Position numbers and translations under genes: made by a program. Of a stretch of 64,000 nucleotides of DNA, positions 39,171 to 48,146 are shown piece by piece (within the stretch, counting starts at the first letter, position 1; each line of letters opens with the position of its first letter). The notes under the pieces were generated by a model. The model was not told the DNA's origin. It saw nothing but the letters and a program-made list of their open reading frames with translations, and did no database searches. This DNA is from a virus: the IMG/VR virus record IMGVR_UViG_3300043774_000178, positions 50,091 through 114,090 of that record. One strand, given 5' to 3'.

Positions 39171-39392
39171 TTACTCCCCTTTATTAAGATGTTGTTTTAA
39201 CATCTTAATTAAATGCTCAGCTTGTTCATTGCTTAATTTAATTATAGCAATTTCAGCTGAATCAAATGACATAAAAAGTTCTAACTTTTCTTTACCATTT
39301 GATTGTACAGAAATACATACATCTTGCCCATCTAATTCATTTAAGCTTGATGATGTCTTTGCATTATTAATAATGTTGTTTAGTATATTCAT
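39171..39392 (-). CDS. Early cassette hypothetical protein
   Basis: Motif upstream, terminator overlapping stop. Confidence 0.65.
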   Translation of the reverse strand: MNILNNIINNAKTSSSLNELDGQDVCISVQSNGKEKLELFMSFDSAEIAIIKLSNEQAEHLIKMLKQHLNKGE

Positions 39393-39468
39393 AACAATAA
39401 ATTTTAATACTAGTTATGAGCTGTTTATATTTAAAAAAAGAAGAGGAGCCTAAGCCCCTCCACCTTAA

Positions 39469-39687
39469 TCAGATGTCATCCTCCATGTTGATGGTAGGAC
39501 GTAACTGTGCTATGTCTGCATCTTGATACAGAGAGTCACGGTACTTAACAAGTTCACGTAATGATAAGCAGTCCATAGCCTCAATGAGTGCTTGCTCTTG
39601 AGCCTTGTGTGGACGTAGGAATAGTATCCCTGCAATCTCCATTACTACATCATTTTTGTTTTCTTTTGCTTTAGTTAAATTAAACAT
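39469..39687 (-). CDS. Early cassette hypothetical protein
   Basis: Motif upstream; GAGGGGC-TTAG-GCTCCTC plus T-tract downstream. Confidence 0.65.
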   Translation of the reverse strand: MFNLTKAKENKNDVVMEIAGILFLRPHKAQEQALIEAMDCLSLRELVKYRDSLYQDADIAQLRPTINMEDDI

Positions 39688-39750
39688 GATAAATAAATTT
39701 TAAGGTTCATATTAGTTTTGAGCTGTTTATTCTGGTAAGTAAAAAGGGGA

Positions 39751-39945
39751 TTATATTTTCCCCTCTTCACTCAATTCTATGATAGTCATCAGTGCAGCAA
39801 AGATGGATATTAATCCCCCCACTACTACGTATCCTGATTCACTAGCAATAGTACTGAATCCACACTTAGGACATATTAAGAATATGAACCCAGCACCTGC
39901 AAGGTAATACCCGCAGAATGTTACTAAAAATAAAAATGTTTTCAT
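39751..39945 (-). CDS. Early cassette small membrane protein
   Basis: Two TM helices with CPKC loop. Confidence 0.65.
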   Translation of the reverse strand: MKTFLFLVTFCGYYLAGAGFIFLICPKCGFSTIASESGYVVVGGLISIFAALMTIIELSEEGKI

Positions 39946-39994
39946 AGCTTATAATTTTAAGTATAGTATATGAGCTGTTTAAAATAAATGGGGA

Positions 39995-40084
39995 TTAATA
40001 TCCAATCCCCATTGCAAAGCAATACAACTCTAGTAAGAACCAGAGTATGATTGCAATTTTGTAACCTCCATCTAGATACTTCAT
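39995..40084 (-). CDS. 29-aa hydrophobic peptide
   Basis: MKYLDGGYKIAIILWFLLELYCFAMGIGY; ATGA overlap with upstream gene. Confidence 0.5.
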   Translation of the reverse strand: MKYLDGGYKIAIILWFLLELYCFAMGIGY

Positions 40085-40236
40085 GATTCCTGTATAAATA
40101 GTGAAGAAACACCTGCAACTCCTGCAAGTGCAAATAGTACTAGCCACCACTGGCTTTCACCATCAATCAATGCACCGATTGAGATAGTCATTACACCAGC
40201 TAAATAAATCTGAACCAATCTTAATACTTTTTTCAT
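40081..40236 (-). CDS. 51-aa two-TM membrane protein
   Basis: MKKVLRLVQIYLAGVMTISIGALIDGESQWWLVLFALAGVAGVSSLFIQES; motif upstream. Confidence 0.6.
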   Translation of the reverse strand: MKKVLRLVQIYLAGVMTISIGALIDGESQWWLVLFALAGVAGVSSLFIQES

Positions 40237-40301
40237 GATACTTGTTTTATAGTTTAGATATAGTACATGAGCTGTTTATATTAAAAAGAAAGAAAAGAGG
40301 A

Positions 40302-40466
40302 TTACTCCTCTTTCTTTCTACACACGTTGAATATAACGTACTCTCCGGCAGTATGAATCTGATACTTCTTAAGAGTTTTAGCAGTCAACCATTGGTTAAG
40401 CTTTTGTTGCATCTGAGTTAACGCTTTGGAATCAGATGCAGGAATTGAAAATATATCTACTCGCAT
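40302..40466 (-). CDS. 54-aa early protein
   Basis: MRVDIFSIPASDSKALTQMQQKLNQW...; motif at 40495; terminator overlapping stop. Confidence 0.6.
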   Translation of the reverse strand: MRVDIFSIPASDSKALTQMQQKLNQWLTAKTLKKYQIHTAGEYVIFNVCRKKEE

Positions 40467-40838
40467 AATACAAAATTTAGTTTAAGTACAGTCTTGAGCT
40501 GTTATACCTATATGTATATAATATATAATACTTTGCGCGTGTATAATATATACATGAGCTTGGTTGTGTCACATGATACAACACATACTATATACAATAT
40601 AGTACCCATAGTAACTCACATAGCCTAAGCAAAGTATTGAGCTGTTGCATGCAAAACATTTTCTCCTGGAAAGAATTACTTGATTTATTCTATATATATG
40701 AGATGCCTTGCTGTAGAAGCATAGGGGGTGCCCCAGGTTTGCGCGGTGGGTGGGGTCTATATATTAAGGACCCATCACAATCTCTAGTATACTGTGAAAC
40801 CAAATACACCATAATAGTTTTTGATATATCTTTACACT

Positions 40839-41471
40839 ATGGCTTATATAGAACACAACTTCTTTCCTCTTAAGGTATTTGTTAGAAATGAGTATATGTA
40901 TCAACATACTAAGGGTGAAGGAGAGTTTACCCCGGGGGTAGTTATCTCAGTAAGATGTATGCCGGGACAAGCAGCATTGTTCCAGGTACTTTTAGAGAAT
41001 GGAGTACTTAGAGATAAGTTACCTTCTCATGCTTTACTTACCAAGGATACTCTCCCAGATCCTGATCTACCTTTTCATTATCTACAGATATGGAATTGCT
41101 TTTCATACAACTTTACTTTACTGCATCTATCATACTTATATGATACACCTGTAGAAGTATATATGAAGGATAGGAAGTTCTACCCAGGTAGTTATTATGG
41201 TACAATCAACTGGGGAGCTAATGACCTTAACTCAGACCTGTCTCTAGCAGAAGATCCTCTAGAACATAAGTCACATCATATTATATTACTTGATAATGGG
41301 CAGATAGCACTGCAACCTAACAATCGTATTAAATGGTCTGAACCTTCATTTGTAACTAAACCTTTTCCTGAGAGACCTGACTATCTAGTTAATAAGGATT
41401 ACTATAACTGTGAGGGTTATGAGAAATGGAATACTGAAGATTCAGAAAGAATGTTTTATGATAATGAATAG
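40839..41471 (+). CDS. Conserved phage hypothetical protein
   Basis: MAYIEHNFFP..VRNEY..DKLPSHA..LQIWNCFSY..EHKSHH..NGQIALQPNNRI. Confidence 0.75.
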   Translation: MAYIEHNFFPLKVFVRNEYMYQHTKGEGEFTPGVVISVRCMPGQAALFQVLLENGVLRDKLPSHALLTKDTLPDPDLPFHYLQIWNCFSYNFTLLHLSYLYDTPVEVYMKDRKFYPGSYYGTINWGANDLNSDLSLAEDPLEHKSHHIILLDNGQIALQPNNRIKWSEPSFVTKPFPERPDYLVNKDYYNCEGYEKWNTEDSERMFYDNE

Positions 41472-41599
41472 TATCTCATGGTGATACTGTTGCCATGATT
41501 TAAGTACCAGGAAGCATACCGTAAGATCTGCTCACTACACTGGTCATTAGTTACTGGGAAAGCAATTAAGGTACCTAAGATTGTATAACCAGTAACACA

Positions 41600-41644
41600 C
41601 CCAGACAAGTTTCTCTGATCAAGAATTACTGTCTGGGTTTTTTT
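41600..41644 (+). terminator. Intrinsic terminator
   Basis: CCCAGACA...TGTCTGGG followed by T7. Confidence 0.7.
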
Positions 41645-41755
41645 ATTATATTCGTAACCTATTTTGGTTATAGTAGTAGATTCAGTTAGGTACCAAGGAA
41701 TCCTCCATATATTGGGGGATTTTTTGTATATTATAGTGTATCTAATTTAAAAACT

Positions 41756-42616
41756 ATGGTAGAGAGAATATCTCGCAACATTCACAAATTTTCGTTTACT
41801 ACAAATAAAGGAGAAGTTGCTGTGCTTTCAGATGTACATTGGGACAACCCACATTGTGATAGAAAGCTTTTAAAAAAACACCTTGACTATTGTTTAGATA
41901 AAAACATTCCTGTAATTATAGTAGGGGATATGTTTTGTCTGATGCAAGGTAGAGGAGATAACAGAAGAAACAAATCTGATATTAGACCTGAGCACAATAA
42001 TGCTAGATACCTAGACTCAGTTGTAGAAACTGCTGTAGAATGGTTTACACCATATGCGGGTATTCTAAAGTTAATTACTTATGGAAACCATGAGACAGGT
42101 ATAATTAAGTATCAAGAAACAGATGTCTTACAAAGATTTGTTTCATTGTTTAATTATGCTAATAAGTCTACTGTAGAACTAGGTGGTTATGGTGGATGGA
42201 TCATTTATAGTTTTAAAGACAGTAGTGTTACTAATGCAAGTTTTAAACATAAATACTTTCACGGATCTGGTGGAGGCGGTATTGTAACTAAAGGTGCAAT
42301 CAACCTTACAAGAGCTCTAGAGATATATGAGAACTTTGATATATTCTCAATGGGTCATATACATGAGAACTCTTGTCGTACTGATGTTAGAGAATGTCTT
42401 GAAACAAATGCTGGTAACTATGAGATTAAAAAAAGATATATTCATCATTGTATCACAGGTACATATAAGGAGGAATATGGAGATGGTTATGGTGGATGGC
42501 ATATTGAGAGAGGTGCACCCGCAAAACCATTAGGTGGTAGGATACTTAAGATGTCTGTAAAAAGAGTAAATAAGAAAGCTGTTAAGATGGTAGATAGTAC
42601 CAGTTTTCCATTATAA
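41756..42616 (+). CDS. Calcineurin-like metallophosphoesterase
   Basis: SDVH, GDMF, GNHE, FHG, GHIH motifs. Confidence 0.88.
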   Translation: MVERISRNIHKFSFTTNKGEVAVLSDVHWDNPHCDRKLLKKHLDYCLDKNIPVIIVGDMFCLMQGRGDNRRNKSDIRPEHNNARYLDSVVETAVEWFTPYAGILKLITYGNHETGIIKYQETDVLQRFVSLFNYANKSTVELGGYGGWIIYSFKDSSVTNASFKHKYFHGSGGGGIVTKGAINLTRALEIYENFDIFSMGHIHENSCRTDVRECLETNAGNYEIKKRYIHHCITGTYKEEYGDGYGGWHIERGAPAKPLGGRILKMSVKRVNKKAVKMVDSTSFPL

Positions 42617-42640
42617 TTAGTATATTATAATAAAAGGACT

Positions 42641-42778
42641 ATGGCAAAGATTAAAGAGAACATTCTCAAACTAACAAGCAGCACTGTATCAAGACCAGGA
42701 GTACATGCTAAAACAAAAACTTCTAAACTTAAGTCTAGCAAACATTATAAAAAAAATTATCGCGGACAAGGTAGATAA
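42641..42778 (+). CDS. Small highly basic protein (45 aa)
   Basis: MAKIK...RPGVHAKTKTSKLKSSKHYKKNYRGQGR. Confidence 0.65.
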   Translation: MAKIKENILKLTSSTVSRPGVHAKTKTSKLKSSKHYKKNYRGQGR

Positions 42779-42905
42779 TCAAAATTATTTTTATATTTGT
42801 TCTGCTTTTGAACTTTGGTTAAATAATCGAATGGTGATGTAAACTCCTGGTAAATATCAGGAGTTTATTTTTTTGTATATATTTGTACAAACCAACATTA
42901 AGCAT

Positions 42906-43163
42906 ATGTCTTTAAAGTATGTTACTAAACCTGTAACTGTAGATGCAGTAATCTGGACAGGTGATAATCGTAATGAGATATGGAAACTCTGCACATTATG
43001 TTATTTTAATACTGACTTTAATACTAGTGATTTAAGACTAATGGTGCAGACTCAGGATGGAATTATAGAAGCTAATGTAGGAGACTATTTAGTAAAAGAT
43101 CAGTATGATACGTATCATGTATATACACCTACTAGGTTTCTAGAAAAATATGACAAAGCATGA
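42906..43163 (+). CDS. Widespread small phage protein (KP-V-V-[DE]-A-WTG...GDY family)
   Basis: KYVTKPVTVDAVIWTGDN...TQDG...ANVGDYLVK...FLEKYD. Confidence 0.7.
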   Translation: MSLKYVTKPVTVDAVIWTGDNRNEIWKLCTLCYFNTDFNTSDLRLMVQTQDGIIEANVGDYLVKDQYDTYHVYTPTRFLEKYDKA

Positions 43164-43239
43164 CTTACGTAGCAACAGTGTCAGGAGTAGTACCTGTATG
43201 GGTGTCCACAGCAACCTTTAATTTTAAATATAATATAGT

Positions 43240-43425
43240 ATGAGTCAAAACACACTACTAGTAGTTACAGAGGAGAATGGTAAAGTAGAAGTAAGTTTAA
43301 ACGTAAAAGATTTACCAGATGCTTTTGTAATTGGAATATTAGAACAAGTAAAGTTTAATATCCTAAATAGTCAAGAACCTGCAATTAAAGAAGCAATAGA
43401 ACCATCTAAAAAGTATGAAGCATGA
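43240..43425 (+). CDS. Hypothetical protein
   Basis: 61-aa ORF, VIGILEQVKF. Confidence 0.55.
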   Translation: MSQNTLLVVTEENGKVEVSLNVKDLPDAFVIGILEQVKFNILNSQEPAIKEAIEPSKKYEA

Positions 43426-43718
43426 GCATGGGAATAAGAGAGGTTAAAGTACCTACATTTGGTGAGCAGCTGATGGAGATAAGTATTGAGACTCCACCAA
43501 GCAACACAGTAGAAAAAGTAAAGCATATGTTTGCTGAGATAGCTGAGATTATAAAGAATGATTATCAGTCTAACAACAGACATCCATTAAAGAGTATGTT
43601 ATTTGATCATGCAGTAGGAGAAATAGTATCTGCACAAATGGCAGTAGAGAAAGTATTAACAATGAAACACTATACAGAAAATGAAAACACTGAGGGGAAA
43701 CAGGATACTGATAAGTAA
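43422..43718 (+). CDS. Acb2/Tad1-like helical hairpin protein (putative nucleotide-signal sponge)
   Basis: TFGEQL...VEKVKHMFAEIAEII...AVGEIVSAQMAVEKVLT resembles the Bacteroidota-type Acb2/Tad1-hairpin pattern. Confidence 0.55.
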   Translation: MSMGIREVKVPTFGEQLMEISIETPPSNTVEKVKHMFAEIAEIIKNDYQSNNRHPLKSMLFDHAVGEIVSAQMAVEKVLTMKHYTENENTEGKQDTDK

Positions 43719-43959
43719 GCCTGCAGTTAAAGAATCTTTTTTAGAATTATCTGATAAAGACAAAGCATTAATAGAAGCAGAACTAAGAAAGAGCTGGTCA
43801 TCACTAGATGTATATGCAGTAGGAGAAACTGTAAAAGATATATCTGCTGGTGATAAGGTTTATGTAAGAGCAACTGCATTAGAGTTATCTGAGAAGATTG
43901 AAGTAGATGGAGAAATGAAATTTATGATTCATGAACAAGATGTAGCAATTATTTGGTAA
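43681..43959 (+). CDS. groES: GroES-like co-chaperonin
   Basis: LRGNRILI, VYAVG, AGDKVYV, IEVDG...IHEQDVAII. Confidence 0.75.
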   Translation: MKTLRGNRILISKPAVKESFLELSDKDKALIEAELRKSWSSLDVYAVGETVKDISAGDKVYVRATALELSEKIEVDGEMKFMIHEQDVAIIW

Positions 43960-44076
43960 TTTTATTACTCTCTTAATTTTCTCGCTAGGTAAGGAATCCC
44001 CACAAAAATTAATCTGTGGGGATTTGTTTTGTACCAAACTTTTTACTATATTATAAGTGTAATATATATTTGTACT

Positions 44077-46131
44077 ATGGATATTCTAAATTTTATAAAC
44101 TGGAAAAGAAGCAAAAGACAAGTAACTTCTGCTCCACCAAACTCATTCATACCACTAGGTATTCCTGATGGAAAGAGAGATGATGATTATTTAGCAGTTA
44201 ACATCAGTGCTGCTGACTTTGCTGCTTCAGTAAGTACTGCTGGTCCACAAGGACCTCAAGGAGTACCTGGTCCCACTGGACCTACTGGTGCAACAGGAGC
44301 TGCTGGACCGCAAGGTGCACAGGGACCACAAGGTTTGCAAGGAACTCCTGGAGCTGTAGGACCTGCTGGTTTAAATTGGCAAGGTGTATGGTCAGCACTA
44401 AGTACATATGCTCCTGATGATGCAGTATCATTTAGTGGCTCTTCCTACTTTTGTTTAAATGCTGTAGGACCATCTGTTTCTGATCCTGCTACTGATACTG
44501 TTAACTGGGCCCTATTAGCAAACATTGGTGCTACTGGTCCCCAAGGAATTCAAGGTATACAAGGTATCCAAGGTGTAGCAGGTGCAACTGGTGCTGCAGG
44601 TCCCGCTGGTCCTCAAGGGATAGCTGGTCCTCAAGGTATTCAAGGTGTTGCTGGTCCCGTGGGTCCTGCTGGACTTAACTGGCAAGGAGTGTGGTCTAAC
44701 TTAGGAGTATATGCAGTAGATGATGCAGTATCTTTTGGAGGAGCCTCATACTTTTGCATTAATCCTGTAGGACCTTCTATACTTGATCCTTTTACAGATA
44801 ATACTAACTGGGCATTGCTTGCTCAACAAGGTGCAACCGGTCCTCAAGGTCCAATTGGATTAACAGGTCCTGCTGGAGCAACAGGTGCTACAGGTGCTCC
44901 AGGTCCTAATCAACTTATTATAGATAGTACTGTTATATCAGGTGGTAGTGGAAGAAGAGTTATTTTTGAAAGCTTATTGAATAAAGTAACTGAAGATGCA
45001 AGGTTTACATATACTAGTGCTTCAGGTACATTAAATAATACAGGTCTAGCTAACACAGCTACCAACTCTTCATTTGGAGCAAGTGCTTTACAAGGAACTA
45101 CAACTGGTCAGTTTCTTTCAGCTTTTGGTCTAGGGGCACTTCAGAATAATAATACTGGTCAATTCAATACTGCTGTAGGAAGTTATACTTGTAATACATT
45201 GACTACTGCAAGTAATAATACTGCTGTAGGTTATGCAGCTCTTAATAATAGTAATGCTGCTGACAATACAGGAGTTGGTAAATCTGCAGGAGCAGTACTT
45301 ACTACAGGTAAGTGGAATGTTGCAGTAGGTTCAGAATCAATGAATATTGGTGCTAACTCTTCTACTAAATCAGTAGCTGTAGGTTATAGAGCTTTATATT
45401 CCGCAACTTCTAACTCTGTTGCTGTAGGTTTCCAAGCATTGATGTCAAACCTTTCTGTTGAAATGGTAGCTGTTGGTGACTCTGCTTTAATGTCAAATAC
45501 TTCAGGTACCTCAAATACAGGAGTTGGATTTAGTGCACTTAAGTTAAACACTACAGGACTTAGCAATACAGCTTTAGGTTATAAATCTTTATCTTCAAAT
45601 ATAGTTGGAGCAGCTAATACTGCTGTTGGTTCTGGAGCATTACAATTAAATACTGCAAGTAATAACATAGCAGTAGGTTTTGATTCTTTATCACTTAATG
45701 TATCTGGAGCAAATAATACAGCAGTTGGTACCCAAGCATTGTTAAGTAACACTTCAGGTTCAAGTAACATTGCTCTTGGTTTTCAAACTTTAACAGATAA
45801 CACTATTGGAAATAATAACGTAGCAATTGGAGAATCCTCTTTAACAGATAACACTGGAGATGGGAATATTGCAATCGGTACACAAAGTGCTAGTGATAAT
45901 GTAACAGGTAATAACAATATTGTAATAGGTGCTAGTACTACAACTCAAGACTTTAACAACTCATTTATTCTAGGTAACTCTGCTCAAGCAACTGCAGATA
46001 ACCAAGTTGTTATTGGAACAAATGCAGATCCTTTAGGAGCAACTACTGCAGGAGCTGTTGTAGCAGATTGGAAATGGGAAGTTAGAATTAATGGTCAAAA
46101 CTTCTACATACCAATGAGACTTATTCCTTAA
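44077..46131 (+). CDS. Tail fibre / adhesin with collagen repeats, two CBM-like modules and NTAVG beta-roll repeats
   Basis: (GxY)n tracts; duplicated LNWQGVWS..Y..DDAVSF.G.SYFC module; many N-T-A-V-G repeats; start placed at MDILNF. Confidence 0.8.
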   Translation: MDILNFINWKRSKRQVTSAPPNSFIPLGIPDGKRDDDYLAVNISAADFAASVSTAGPQGPQGVPGPTGPTGATGAAGPQGAQGPQGLQGTPGAVGPAGLNWQGVWSALSTYAPDDAVSFSGSSYFCLNAVGPSVSDPATDTVNWALLANIGATGPQGIQGIQGIQGVAGATGAAGPAGPQGIAGPQGIQGVAGPVGPAGLNWQGVWSNLGVYAVDDAVSFGGASYFCINPVGPSILDPFTDNTNWALLAQQGATGPQGPIGLTGPAGATGATGAPGPNQLIIDSTVISGGSGRRVIFESLLNKVTEDARFTYTSASGTLNNTGLANTATNSSFGASALQGTTTGQFLSAFGLGALQNNNTGQFNTAVGSYTCNTLTTASNNTAVGYAALNNSNAADNTGVGKSAGAVLTTGKWNVAVGSESMNIGANSSTKSVAVGYRALYSATSNSVAVGFQALMSNLSVEMVAVGDSALMSNTSGTSNTGVGFSALKLNTTGLSNTALGYKSLSSNIVGAANTAVGSGALQLNTASNNIAVGFDSLSLNVSGANNTAVGTQALLSNTSGSSNIALGFQTLTDNTIGNNNVAIGESSLTDNTGDGNIAIGTQSASDNVTGNNNIVIGASTTTQDFNNSFILGNSAQATADNQVVIGTNADPLGATTAGAVVADWKWEVRINGQNFYIPMRLIP

Positions 46132-46134
46132 TGT

Positions 46135-46257
46135 ATGAATAAAGAAGAAGCAATTAGTATCATCGAGCAAGCATTAAATGCTGCCACAATTAAAGGAATC
46201 TATAGCCTGTCAGATGTACAGGCTATACTCCTTGCTTTAGAAGAACTTAAAAAGTAG
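46135..46257 (+). CDS. Small protein (40 aa), possible fibre chaperone
   Basis: MNKEEAISIIEQALNAATIKGIYSLSDV. Confidence 0.5.
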   Translation: MNKEEAISIIEQALNAATIKGIYSLSDVQAILLALEELKK

Positions 46258-46261
46258 AGTA

Positions 46262-46771
46262 ATGGATATTCTAAATTGGTTGTATCTCAAGAGACAACAG
46301 TTAATTAAAACAACTGTTAATAATCCTGATACAGATCTACTAGTATTAGGTGCAGAAGTACCCTTTACAAAGCGTGATGATGGTTATCAGAATTATGCAA
46401 TGACTGTTGCAGATTTCACTGACCAAATAAAAGGATACAAAAGCTATACTGCATTAATAACACAATCAGGTATTAATCCTCCAGTAGCTACTGTATTAGA
46501 AAATACACTAGATGTAAACATTACATTTACTTATGATGCTGTTGGTCAATATAGTGCTCTATTAGATCAAGCAATCTTCCCTGATCCAAATCAATATGTG
46601 ACTGTATCACAGAACATGTATGTAAATGGAGCAAATGAGATTTGTAATGTTAATGCTCTCCCGGTATTCTTTAATGCTATAGGTATAGTAAGTTATGAGA
46701 ATTTACTACCTGCAGATAGTATCATAGGAGATTACACACCTTGTGTACTTGAAATAAGAGTTTATAATTAA
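46262..46771 (+). CDS. Putative structural/fibre protein
   Basis: MDILNW N-domain paralogous to 44077; YKSYTALITQSG..PVATVLENTL. Confidence 0.65.
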   Translation: MDILNWLYLKRQQLIKTTVNNPDTDLLVLGAEVPFTKRDDGYQNYAMTVADFTDQIKGYKSYTALITQSGINPPVATVLENTLDVNITFTYDAVGQYSALLDQAIFPDPNQYVTVSQNMYVNGANEICNVNALPVFFNAIGIVSYENLLPADSIIGDYTPCVLEIRVYN

Positions 46772-46910
46772 TTTATTACAATGGAACCATTTTCTAAAGA
46801 AACCTTACTTGCAAAACTTATTGAAAAATATAGGTACCTAAATGATAAGGATGCTACTGCAAGAAAAGTATATGATCAAATAATTGAAAGCTATTCTAAA
46901 ATAGAAAATC

Positions 46911-47753
46911 ATGTTAAATAATCTTACAAATTTCTTCAATCTTATTAAAGGTAAGATGATGAAGACAACTCCTGAACCTGATGATTTAATTATCTTAGGT
47001 ACAAAGGATTCAAGGTACAACGGTGGATACAAACCCACTGGTATTAAAGTATCAGACTTTACTTCTGGTTTACAAGGTGATAGACTTGTAGCTGGTACAA
47101 GAGAAGTTGTGTTAACTGATAATGGTGGTGATGCAGAATTAACATTTAATGCAGGTACTGCAGTAATTCAAACTTCAAGTTCTGGAGCTGATCTATTTAT
47201 CAGAACATTAACTGGAGATGATATTATCCTTGAATCAGGAGATGATATTAGACTACAAGGTGATCAAGGTACTTATGATGCTGAGGCTGAGGGTGGAGAT
47301 ATAAATCTTTTTGCTGGAAATGGTTCTGATGGTAATACAGCTAATGCAGGTTCTGGTGGAGATGTCAGAATTGAAGCTGGAGCTGCAGGTAACAGTATAT
47401 CAGGCTCTCAAGGAGAAGGTGGGTTTGTAACTATTGAAGCTGGTTATACTACAGCGTCTGGTCTACCAGGTGGTAGTATAAATCTTTATCCAGGTAATAG
47501 TGATAGTAATATATATGGTGATGTTATTATCAGTGGTAACTTTACATGGGAATTTTCTACAAGAAACGCATCACTTTTATTTCCAGCAGTAACTCTAGCT
47601 ACATTACCAACTGCAGTTTCAGTACCTGGAGCAAGAGCGATGATTGCTGATTCTAGTGTAGCTGCATCAGGTAACTTTGGTGCTATTGCTGCAACTGGTG
47701 GTGCTAATATAGTTCCTGTATTCTCAGATGGTGTAGATTGGTTAATAGGATAA
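46911..47753 (+). CDS. Putative tail fibre/spike protein
   Basis: Gly-rich GGDI/GGDV repeats; C-terminal VPVFSDGVDWLIG. Confidence 0.65.
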   Translation: MLNNLTNFFNLIKGKMMKTTPEPDDLIILGTKDSRYNGGYKPTGIKVSDFTSGLQGDRLVAGTREVVLTDNGGDAELTFNAGTAVIQTSSSGADLFIRTLTGDDIILESGDDIRLQGDQGTYDAEAEGGDINLFAGNGSDGNTANAGSGGDVRIEAGAAGNSISGSQGEGGFVTIEAGYTTASGLPGGSINLYPGNSDSNIYGDVIISGNFTWEFSTRNASLLFPAVTLATLPTAVSVPGARAMIADSSVAASGNFGAIAATGGANIVPVFSDGVDWLIG

Positions 47754-47765
47754 TAAATAGAAATT

Positions 47766-48146
47766 ATGTCAATAGGAAATTTAAAAGATTCAGGTAACCA
47801 AGGTAATAACTTTCCCTTTCAACTCAAAGTATTACAAGGGTTACAAGCAGTGTTAGATAATAATTGTTGTGTAGATATACTTGCAGTATTATCAGATATA
47901 GATGTCAAATTAACACCTCTTGAAAGGACTCCAGATGTAATTAGTACAACAGGATCAGGAACAACACCAGTAGGTGCCTATAGCGTATCTATTGCAAATG
48001 TAGGTGCATCAGCTGGAATAGTTAACGGACAATCAATACCAGCAGGTACAGTACTTAACTTTGATGCAGGAGTATTAAATAATACACTTCGTACTCTTGC
48101 ATATGATGCAACTGGTACAACATTTATAATTACATCACTTATTTAA
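47766..48146 (+). CDS. Putative structural protein
   Basis: 126-aa ORF in late operon. Confidence 0.6.
   Translation: MSIGNLKDSGNQGNNFPFQLKVLQGLQAVLDNNCCVDILAVLSDIDVKLTPLERTPDVISTTGSGTTPVGAYSVSIANVGASAGIVNGQSIPAGTVLNFDAGVLNNTLRTLAYDATGTTFIITSLI

Larger units (their letters stand above)
38146..40646 (-). promoter_or_regulatory. Repeated AAACAGCTCA motif heading small genes (putative phage early promoter)
   Basis: TGAGCTGTT(T) on + at 38146, 38676, 39136, 39417, 39719, 39971, 40268, 40495, 40638 (partial at 40555); seven copies lie 25-40 nt upstream of an ATG. Confidence 0.8.

Noticed and set aside
40637-40873. 78-aa ORF over the strand-switch region
   Set aside because: Non-ATG start inside the repeated motif, atypical composition, and it overlaps the next gene
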